64,000 nt of DNA, taken from a virus. Below, piece by piece: positions 56,026-64,000 of the stretch (its first letter is position 1; each line of letters opens with the position of its first letter). The stretch lies in IMG/VR virus record IMGVR_UViG_3300025108_004499, one strand, 5' to 3'. The translations under genes and the position numbers were made by a program. The notes under the pieces were generated by a model. It saw only the letters and a program-made list of their open reading frames with translations, had not been told where the DNA came from and did no database searches.

Positions 56026-56481
56026 TTATAATGCCGCTATTCTAGTTTGGAAGTCTGCAAAGTCAGCACTTGCCGCTACTTCTGCTTTTAATGTTGTTAG
56101 TGTAATTGTCTCTGCTTGTAACGCACTTGCCGCCAATGCACCTTGTGCAGACGTTGCCGCATCTGTGATTCCATAACCTGCTAATGTAGTTGGCTTACTT
56201 GTAAGTGAAGCAAACGTCTGTGCCGGGATAGTTAAGTTTGTTAATGCTGATCCATTTAATGCTGGAAGTGTACCAACTAATACTGCCGCTGTAATTGTTC
56301 CGTTAACAGCATCAACTAGTAACGTACTATCGTCAGCAAATACAGATCCGTTAATATCTCTGTTTTTGTTTGTTACATCTAATTCAGCAAAGTTATCATT
56401 TATCTTTTTAAAAGCTGTTCTTAATGGATCGCCATCACCTTTGTTTACACTAGACCCAATGTTAATTATTTGTATAGCCAT
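56026..56481 (-). CDS. short fibre/structural protein
   Basis: NKGDGDPLRTAF.KIN.NF.EL motif; KPTTLAGYGITDA. Confidence 0.7.
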   Translation of the reverse strand: MAIQIINIGSSVNKGDGDPLRTAFKKINDNFAELDVTNKNRDINGSVFADDSTLLVDAVNGTITAAVLVGTLPALNGSALTNLTIPAQTFASLTSKPTTLAGYGITDAATSAQGALAASALQAETITLTTLKAEVAASADFADFQTRIAAL

Positions 56482-59400
56482 TATACTCTCCCTACCACAA
56501 CTTCAACGAACCCTGGTTCATCTCCGTCTTTAGTTCCAACTGCTTTACCAATAACAGTTCCTACTAGTGGATCGTTCTGTACCATACCATAACCTGGAAT
56601 TGCACTAGATACAATTATGTCACCTTTCTCAACAACACCAATTACTTTACAAGGTACTCTACCCTGTAGTGCTAATGCTGTAACATAGTCTCCATGTAAA
56701 TCACTATTCATTAAATGTGCTGGGTTAGTTGAAACAACGCCAGCAACTTTTCTATCGCCTTTGTACATAGTAGTTGTTATTTCATTCTCGCCGCCGAACA
56801 CTAAAACAGTTCCTGCTTCATACTCTGCATCAGCTAAGTAATTCTCAGCCAAGTCAGCATATTGTGCCGCTGTAGCAGTTCCGTAGAATGTACCAAAACT
56901 TAATGAACCTGTACCTATATCGTATCCGCCGTTAGTTGCAGGAGTCATAGCCGCTTGTTTAAATACTACTGCCGCTGTATTATTGTTAGCAACAATAGCA
57001 ACTTCACCTGCACTACTAAATCCTGTACCAGCACCTATACCAATACCTGTACTTGATGTACTCTTTTCTCCTGGTGCTTCAATAAATGAACTATACATCC
57101 AGTCTGACGCAATACGTGAACTATTTTGTGTAGCATCACTTGGATCACCGTAACTACTGTTCTGTTGGAAGAACGAGGCTGTAACACTTGTACTACCTAT
57201 TTGTAATGAACCTGGTAATGTTGTAGTAGTGTTACTTGGAACTGTACCAACTGTATCAAACACTGTTGCACCACCCGGTGTTTTCATTGTCATTGTTAAG
57301 TTAGTTTGATCTAAGATATCATAGTTATCTAATTTAAATTTCTGTCCATCAATACTTCCATCTGCACCTGTTTTAACAATTCTATCAGCAACACCTGTTG
57401 TAGTAAATGAACCACCAGTTTCAACAATGTCTGCAAATGTTACTGCACTTGCATCACCTGTGCCTGTAGCACTTCTAGCAAATACTGTGTTTTGTGCAAT
57501 GTCTGGTAAGTCAGCAAAGTCAACACTACTTGCTTTTAGTGTTACCCAACCATCTGTTACTGTAAAGTCATCTGCATCAAATGCTGAAAGTCCTAAATCT
57601 GATTGTGCAATACCTGTTGCGTCAGCTCTTGTAGTTGCGGCTTGCATTGCAAGTTTACTTTGTAGTATTCCTGCTGTAGGACTTACATCACCATTTACAA
57701 TTACTTCTGAACTAATTGCCGCTGTTGCAACATTACTACCGTTACTTGTAAACACAACATCACCTGTAACAGTATGATTATCATAAAGTCCTCCATGGAA
57801 CATTAAGATATCATTGTTTACTCTGTTACCAATGTCTGCACCAATTGCTTCTGTATCAAATGGTGTTCTAGCATCCACATATGATTTTGTAGTTACATCT
57901 TGTGGGTTAGTTGGATCACTGTGGTTATAAATTTTATTACTACCAGCGTTGATATCACCTGTAATACTTGTAGTACCATCTCTAGCAATAGCACCTGGAC
58001 CAATAGTACCAGTTGCAATAATTACACCGTCTCTATCAAAGTGTAATCTCTTTTCAATAAATTTCTCTGTAGCAAATTCTGTAGGTACTGCCGCCGGATC
58101 ACCATCTGCCATAGTATCATCATTACTAAATTCTTGAATTCTAACACCTTGTCTAAATCCTAATCCGTCTAAGTTACTAATAGCAATTGAAGCCGCAAAT
58201 GTAACTGTACCTGTTCCTTGGTCTACACTAAAGAACTTACCAACACGGAAGAATCCATCTTGGTCTGTACTTGCAAAGAACACTCTACCTTTACCACGTT
58301 CGTTAACTTCTGCATCTTGGTTTGCACTTATAGTTGGCTCACCGTAAATAATACTTGGATAGTTAGTAGTATTAAATCCACCAGTACCAATTTTATCAAA
58401 GTCATGTCCGTTAGCTCTTAGTGTTGAAATACCAACTGTAATTGTACCAGCTTCGTTGTCTTGTAATGATAATGGAATAGTTCTTGTTGCCGCAGGACTA
58501 AATCTTACATCTGCCGCAATACCTGAACCAGTATATAGTCCATTGTTACTGTTAATGTTTGAAGCCGCTAGATCGTTAAGTTCAACAGTAGCATAGGAGC
58601 CTCTGTCAGTGTAGTTTGCAACAATATGAGTCTTACCTGCAAAACTAAAGAGCATATCATTATTATCAATACGAGCTTGTTGTGTTGATGTTAGTTTTTC
58701 AATAGCAAGTACTACGTCACCTGCTGTAGCACCCATTGTAGTACCAGTGCCTGCATATGTATTCAATGCCGCTTCTGTATTTCTAAGTGTTAAGTTTAAG
58801 TGACTAAATGCTGAGTCCATTACAACTTGGAATCTATCACTTGCTAATGAAGTACCATCTGCGTCTTGATTGTTGAAACTAATTGTTCTATAAACCTGAC
58901 TTGGATTTTCAGCATATATTAATGCTGTTGAAGGCCTTGTTGCTGTAACACCACTCAAGTCATCTAACAAGTGGTTCTTGTTCATTCTAATTACTGCGTA
59001 TGCACTTGTGTCATTTGATGCTGTAGGATTGTGTGCGCCTGTAATTGCTGTTTCTAATCCAGTACTACCTGAAACACTTAATCTATATATAGGTCTATTT
59101 GCGCCTTTACGTCCTGTAGGACCAGTAGCACCTGTATAGCCTCCAATGTTACTTGTTGGTACTGTAACAATACTTGTAGCTGTTACTTCGTATGTAGTTA
59201 CACCTGTTGTTGTATAAATGTCAACTAAACTATTTGGATACGGCATGTAATCACAGTCATATACAAATATACTAAATGATCCTGCTGTGTGTGCAAATGT
59301 GCCAAAGCCATAAACGTTTGTTTCGTCATTGAAAACCTTAGCAGGCTGTTGCATGTTTCTTAATGTTGTAATTGTATCAACAGTTTCGTTTGGATCTGAT

Positions 59401-62400
59401 CCTGCCGCAACTAAACCAAAGTTACCATTTGCGTTAGAACAGTTAAGGGCTCTAATCTCTGAACCGTTGTTACTAAAGAACGCTGTGTGGTTGTAGTAAG
59501 TAAATGTCGAAACTTGCTCTGAAAGTGCCGCGTTGTTACAGAACAATCCGTAACCTAAATCGTTAACCTGAGTATAGTCGTTTGCCAACATACTTCTGTT
59601 ACCAGCAGTTTGAACATATATCTGTTGTGGGAATGTAGTATCAGTATAACCATTACCTTCGTTTGAAAGTTTGTTAATTAATAGTTTTGCTGTACCTGTT
59701 CCGCCATCGTATTCTGAAACAGCATCAACTTGATAACGTACACCGTTAATAAAGAACGGAGCAGGTGTCTGTGGTTTTCTAATTCTTAAACCTGTGCCTG
59801 CATCTGATTGTACATTAAGTGTATAGTTGTCGTCTTTGCTTGTAATCTTAGTTTCTAAGTTACCTGAGAAACCGTCAATATACATACCACCTCTAAAGGC
59901 TTGCTTGTTAACACTGCCTGAGAAACTACCACAAACCTGTGTGTATGGTGATTTAACTAATACTTGTCCTGCTGGATCTAGTACCTGTGCAAATCCTCCA
60001 TGTCCTTGGAATGACATATTTGCTAGTCTAGTAGCATCGTTCATTAAGAACACATCCATTTGGTTGTTTAGTTTAGGTGTACTTGCAGAATTACTTGGAT
60101 CAGTTAAGTAGTGATAACCATAATTTACTGTTTGTTTAATATGCCATTCACCACTTGAAATACCACTTAGGTTTGGTAGTATATCAGTAGTTAGTGTAAC
60201 GTCAAAATCACTTCCGCCATCAGCATTACTAATAAGTCCAACAGCACCACTGTCTGTATAGAACCAAGCACCATCCCATGATGTAGGTGCAATATTATCT
60301 GCTGGTGTTACAGTAATAACGCCGCCTGCTTGATTACTACCTGATATTGTAATTGCTTGTGGTGTCGCTAAGTCTGCACCTGTGTAGTCTGTAATTTTAA
60401 GATTGTCTAGTAACTTGTCTCTGTAGAAATAAGTGTTAACCCAAGGTGATTGTGAAATTCTTGGAGCTGGTCTAATTTGACAACGTCTAAAGTCTGAACC
60501 TTTAATTGAAACGTTAGCAGGGACTTTCAATGGATAATCTTCGTAGTAAATACCTGTTTCAACGTGTACAGTAATTTGTTTTTCTTTAGTTCCATTACCG
60601 TATTCTAATTCTTCACCAATTCTAAAATCTCTTGGTTCAACTAGTACAACTTCACATCTATCATATGCTACGCCGCCTAAGTCTATGCCGCTTGTATATT
60701 TTACAATACGTCCTCTAGCACCTGATGTCTTACCAACAATAATTTTACCTGGAAGTATATCAACGTTAGTATTAATACCTTGGTCAGTACTGTCGTTACC
60801 TGCTCCGTTACCAAAGTCAATTGTGTATGTACTACCTTCAACTAGTGTGTAATTATTTCTTGCTTGGAATCCGTTTTCTAAAATATCAAGTATAATATCA
60901 AATTTAGCATTAAGAGCATCTTTAACTTGTGTGCTTACATCATTAATATTAGAATCAAACCATTGCGGAATAAGAGTTGTATAATCTGTAGGATAAAGTT
61001 TAGTACCTTCATAACCTGTACATTCAAATGTAATTGCATCAAGTACTACAACATCTCCTGCACCTAACCCGTGTGCAGATGTAGTTGTAATAATACCTTT
61101 ACCAGTTACATTGTCATAATTAAATCCGCTAATGTTATATGTATTACCGCCAAATGTAACTGTACCACCACTTATATATGTGTGTACTACTGTAGACGTA
61201 CCTACATCTACTTGGAATATGTTTGTTGCTAAATTATCTGATTCAACTGCAAATCGTTTACTCTGTGTTAACAAATCAATATTTTGTACTACACTATTAA
61301 CAATAGCCTTAGCCTTTGTCATAGCCGCTCTAGTTTCTTGTCCTTGACTAATACGTGCTCTAGCACCTGAACTTGTACTAAAGTAACGTGTAGCCGCTTG
61401 TATAGCGTTGTAGTTACTGTTTGTACCATTACCAATATCAATAATCATTCCATCGATAATAAGCCCAACGTCACGTTCACAAGTGTTGTCAACTATAGCT
61501 GGTTTCTCTGGTGCTACCAAAGAAGTAAGTCCGTTGGATATTACATCTGTAATAACACTTGTTAGTGTGCTTGCTCTGTTTGCAACATCATTAACACCTG
61601 TACCTGATTCACATGCAAGTGATGTAACAACTTGTGGTAAACTTTCTGGATATACTTTTGCTACTGTAGATCCTTCAAATGTACAAGTAACATTAATACC
61701 TGCTATTGTAACAACATCTGTTGCACTTAGTCCGTGATTACCGACTGTTGTAATACTAGCAATACCTGTTGCTTCATCGTAAGCAAATACACTTACTGGT
61801 AATACTGTAGTATCTGCTTTAGTTACTGTACCGCCGTTTACATAAGTGTTTGCGTAGCTACTTCTACCAATATAGAATTGAAAACTGTTTGCTGATAGGT
61901 TTTGATCATCTACAACAAATGTTCCTTGTTTGGATGCATATGCTGAGTTAGATAATACATTGTTTACAACAAGGTCTCTTGCAAATTCAATTGCCGCATT
62001 TGTTTGTGCTATTTGATCTACTGTACCTAATCCTGCAGATCCAACAGCATTTGTCATACCTGCTAAGTAACTTGAAGCCATTCTACGTGTTTCAATATTA
62101 CCGCCTCTTGATAAGTCATTAATCCATGCATCAACAATATAACCTACGTCACGTTTACATTTCGCACTACTGTAATCAAAGTTGTTCCATATACCAGCAC
62201 CGCCAGCATTTCCAACATTGTGGTTAATCCAGTATGTAACTTCTTCTTGAATAAACTTTTTATTCTGTGCTAGAATTGCTTCTGCATTTGGATTTGAAAC
62301 ACTTGTTGAATTATATGATAGATTTGGAAATGTATCGTTTACATAATCAAGTACTGCTTTTTGAATAAATCTTTTGTTTTCTCTTAGGTAAGTTTGTGCA

Positions 62401-63683
62401 TGGTATGCTGATGTATTTTGTGTTGTTGGTCCTACACCAGTAACAAGCGAGATGTTCTTACCGTTATTGTATGTAATTGTTTGTCTATAAGCACCTGGTT
62501 CAATTGGAGCACTTTCAATAACTTCTTCAGCTTTTAATAGTGCGGCTTTTAAACTGCCGTATGCATAACCTAGTCCACGTCCTTCAAGTCCTACTGGAGT
62601 ACGTGCTTGTGTGTCGTCACCTTGTTTAGTTACAAAGATATCTTCTGTTGAACTGTAACTATTGTTGTCGACATATAATTTTGTTGCCGCTTGTTTATCT
62701 TTAACATCACCTGTATCAATACCTGATAAGTCACCTGGATGATCATGCAAGTACAATGCACCTGTCATATCATCACCTTGGCGTCTTACTGTTGCACTTC
62801 TTGGTAGTGTTTCATCTGTTTTGTAGAAGCCGTAATATGAATCATCGTATGCTGTGTCTCTTACAACATCAACACCCGATACTGATGTTTGTGTACCTAG
62901 TGCAATGTTTATCTTAACACGAGTAGTATCGTTATTGTTTTGTGCTTCTGCTTTAGATGCATGTAGACTTAGTTGATCTTCGTTTACCCATCTTACATAG
63001 TAATCTGTATTAGTTGTTAAACCGTTTGGTGCTGAACCTGTAGTTGAGTATTTCCATTTGGTTCCGTTAATACTCCAGTCAAACCCGTGATCACTAACTA
63101 CAATATTACCTGCTCTATATTCTGCAATAGTTTTTGTATATTCGTTTGCGTTTGCAGGTTCTGCTCTAGCATAAACAGGCTTGGTTGGTTCAAATGTTGT
63201 GTTTGGTGCATAGTATTGATCTTGGAATTTTTTATCTGTAACAATATCATTAATTGTAATAGCACTACCATGTGTAGTATTAAATTCTGCAATAGCTTGA
63301 GGTGATGTAGCAATTTTACCAATTGGATAAACTTGGTTACCGCTTAAAGGTCCACCTAGTATCGGACTTGTATCAGCGTTAATATTAGCACCTGTGTTAG
63401 TAATTGTAATATTAGTTGCACTTGAGTTGTCAATACTAATACCTGTTCCTGCCGAAAGCGTTTTAGCTAGGATTTCAGTACCTGTTGTATTACCAATTAA
63501 TACGCCGCCTGGTGTAATGCCTGCTGGTGTGTCATTGAGTGCTGTGAAACTAATTGTTCCGCCTTGCCCAAATACAGCATATAGTTCTGTGAAGTTCTCA
63601 TTTGCTTTACGGAACGCTTCACGTATACTATCACCTGTACCGTCGTTACCTTCTACACCTAAATAAATATCTTGTTTTGCCAT
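56481..63683 (-). CDS. giant (2400 aa) tail fibre/spike with C-terminal intramolecular chaperone-like domain
   Basis: NDGTGDSIREAF N-terminus; internal repeats; YADLAENY...ALQGRVPCKV...IGKA C-terminus. Confidence 0.75.
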   Translation of the reverse strand: MAKQDIYLGVEGNDGTGDSIREAFRKANENFTELYAVFGQGGTISFTALNDTPAGITPGGVLIGNTTGTEILAKTLSAGTGISIDNSSATNITITNTGANINADTSPILGGPLSGNQVYPIGKIATSPQAIAEFNTTHGSAITINDIVTDKKFQDQYYAPNTTFEPTKPVYARAEPANANEYTKTIAEYRAGNIVVSDHGFDWSINGTKWKYSTTGSAPNGLTTNTDYYVRWVNEDQLSLHASKAEAQNNNDTTRVKINIALGTQTSVSGVDVVRDTAYDDSYYGFYKTDETLPRSATVRRQGDDMTGALYLHDHPGDLSGIDTGDVKDKQAATKLYVDNNSYSSTEDIFVTKQGDDTQARTPVGLEGRGLGYAYGSLKAALLKAEEVIESAPIEPGAYRQTITYNNGKNISLVTGVGPTTQNTSAYHAQTYLRENKRFIQKAVLDYVNDTFPNLSYNSTSVSNPNAEAILAQNKKFIQEEVTYWINHNVGNAGGAGIWNNFDYSSAKCKRDVGYIVDAWINDLSRGGNIETRRMASSYLAGMTNAVGSAGLGTVDQIAQTNAAIEFARDLVVNNVLSNSAYASKQGTFVVDDQNLSANSFQFYIGRSSYANTYVNGGTVTKADTTVLPVSVFAYDEATGIASITTVGNHGLSATDVVTIAGINVTCTFEGSTVAKVYPESLPQVVTSLACESGTGVNDVANRASTLTSVITDVISNGLTSLVAPEKPAIVDNTCERDVGLIIDGMIIDIGNGTNSNYNAIQAATRYFSTSSGARARISQGQETRAAMTKAKAIVNSVVQNIDLLTQSKRFAVESDNLATNIFQVDVGTSTVVHTYISGGTVTFGGNTYNISGFNYDNVTGKGIITTTSAHGLGAGDVVVLDAITFECTGYEGTKLYPTDYTTLIPQWFDSNINDVSTQVKDALNAKFDIILDILENGFQARNNYTLVEGSTYTIDFGNGAGNDSTDQGINTNVDILPGKIIVGKTSGARGRIVKYTSGIDLGGVAYDRCEVVLVEPRDFRIGEELEYGNGTKEKQITVHVETGIYYEDYPLKVPANVSIKGSDFRRCQIRPAPRISQSPWVNTYFYRDKLLDNLKITDYTGADLATPQAITISGSNQAGGVITVTPADNIAPTSWDGAWFYTDSGAVGLISNADGGSDFDVTLTTDILPNLSGISSGEWHIKQTVNYGYHYLTDPSNSASTPKLNNQMDVFLMNDATRLANMSFQGHGGFAQVLDPAGQVLVKSPYTQVCGSFSGSVNKQAFRGGMYIDGFSGNLETKITSKDDNYTLNVQSDAGTGLRIRKPQTPAPFFINGVRYQVDAVSEYDGGTGTAKLLINKLSNEGNGYTDTTFPQQIYVQTAGNRSMLANDYTQVNDLGYGLFCNNAALSEQVSTFTYYNHTAFFSNNGSEIRALNCSNANGNFGLVAAGSDPNETVDTITTLRNMQQPAKVFNDETNVYGFGTFAHTAGSFSIFVYDCDYMPYPNSLVDIYTTTGVTTYEVTATSIVTVPTSNIGGYTGATGPTGRKGANRPIYRLSVSGSTGLETAITGAHNPTASNDTSAYAVIRMNKNHLLDDLSGVTATRPSTALIYAENPSQVYRTISFNNQDADGTSLASDRFQVVMDSAFSHLNLTLRNTEAALNTYAGTGTTMGATAGDVVLAIEKLTSTQQARIDNNDMLFSFAGKTHIVANYTDRGSYATVELNDLAASNINSNNGLYTGSGIAADVRFSPAATRTIPLSLQDNEAGTITVGISTLRANGHDFDKIGTGGFNTTNYPSIIYGEPTISANQDAEVNERGKGRVFFASTDQDGFFRVGKFFSVDQGTGTVTFAASIAISNLDGLGFRQGVRIQEFSNDDTMADGDPAAVPTEFATEKFIEKRLHFDRDGVIIATGTIGPGAIARDGTTSITGDINAGSNKIYNHSDPTNPQDVTTKSYVDARTPFDTEAIGADIGNRVNNDILMFHGGLYDNHTVTGDVVFTSNGSNVATAAISSEVIVNGDVSPTAGILQSKLAMQAATTRADATGIAQSDLGLSAFDADDFTVTDGWVTLKASSVDFADLPDIAQNTVFARSATGTGDASAVTFADIVETGGSFTTTGVADRIVKTGADGSIDGQKFKLDNYDILDQTNLTMTMKTPGGATVFDTVGTVPSNTTTTLPGSLQIGSTSVTASFFQQNSSYGDPSDATQNSSRIASDWMYSSFIEAPGEKSTSSTGIGIGAGTGFSSAGEVAIVANNNTAAVVFKQAAMTPATNGGYDIGTGSLSFGTFYGTATAAQYADLAENYLADAEYEAGTVLVFGGENEITTTMYKGDRKVAGVVSTNPAHLMNSDLHGDYVTALALQGRVPCKVIGVVEKGDIIVSSAIPGYGMVQNDPLVGTVIGKAVGTKDGDEPGFVEVVVGRV

Positions 63684-63686
63684 CTT

Positions 63687-64000
63687 TTAAAATCCTACGC
63701 TTTCACCGCAACCACAGCTACTTGTGCTTGCAGGGTTTCTAATATCAAAGTATGAACCGAATAGTTCTTTTTTGTAGTCTATAGTAGACCCTAATAGGTA
63801 CATTACACTCATACTATCTATAATAAACTTACCATTTAGTAAGTCTATAACTTCATCGCCTTCTTCTGCACCATCTGTCATTACCCAATCATACTTAAAT
63901 CCTGCACATCCACCACCTTGCATTTGTAGTTTAATTGCTGTTTTGTCGTTATCTTTGAGTAAATGTGTCATTTGTTCTTTAGCTGAATCAGTTAAAAATA
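63687..64000 (-). CDS. HesB/IscA A-type Fe-S carrier (start probably just outside the window)
   Basis: GGGCAGF.Y, G.TIDY, NP....CGCGES; frame open to the window edge (IFLTDSAKEQ). Confidence 0.92.
   Translation of the reverse strand, partial: FLTDSAKEQMTHLLKDNDKTAIKLQMQGGGCAGFKYDWVMTDGAEEGDEVIDLLNGKFIIDSMSVMYLLGSTIDYKKELFGSYFDIRNPASTSSCGCGESVGF

Noticed and set aside
516-63666. Numerous plus-strand ORFs of 60-150 aa in the track (other than speD and phoH)
   Set aside because: They lie antisense to well-supported minus-strand genes, lack motifs and show the composition of shadow ORFs
1-64000. tRNA/rRNA genes, CRISPR arrays, integrase or transposase, introns or inteins
   Set aside because: Intergenic gaps are short with no cloverleaf or repeat-spacer pattern noticed; polB, thyX, clpA and phoH are uninterrupted and of normal length
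1-64000. Stop-codon reassignment, or avoidance of GATC/GANTC
   Set aside because: TAA, TAG and TGA all end intact genes with high coding density under the standard code; GATC and GANTC occur frequently

Overview
A 64 kb AT-rich segment of a large, probably lytic dsDNA tailed phage (myovirus-like), densely coded and almost entirely on the minus strand; only a SpeD-like gene and phoH are on +. The host is plausibly a marine alphaproteobacterium (inference from the FdxA-type ferredoxin, IscA/HesB, ClpA and leaderless genes). Blocks in order: (1) small conserved genes and RNase H; (2) a 7-deazaguanine DNA-modification region (queE, folE, a DpdL-type T-fold protein, a DpdA-type transglycosylase) interleaved with a glycosyltransferase, purine PRTase, HIT, cupin, 2OG oxygenase and SGNH-like protein, next to nucleotide-sugar enzymes, a putative sliding clamp and PolB; (3) an ATE/Bpt-like transferase and a run of K/E-rich proteins that look like protease-processed internal head proteins carrying enzyme cargo; (4) ClpA, DnaJ and a lysis cassette; (5) phoH, thyX, auxiliary metabolic genes, clamp loader, a ParB-like plus HNH pair, MazG, GroES and a truncated DnaE; (6) baseplate/tail genes including a subtilase and a 2400-aa fibre. 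Near-consensus sigma70 promoters and T4-like late promoters (consensus about [AGC]TAA[AG]TA) are visible. Most notable: the QueC-less deazaguanine cluster with a glycosyltransferase, apparent purging of GCWGC from the sequence, and the modular internal-protein region with a candidate packaged nuclease. All family calls come from motif recognition by eye; no database searches were run.
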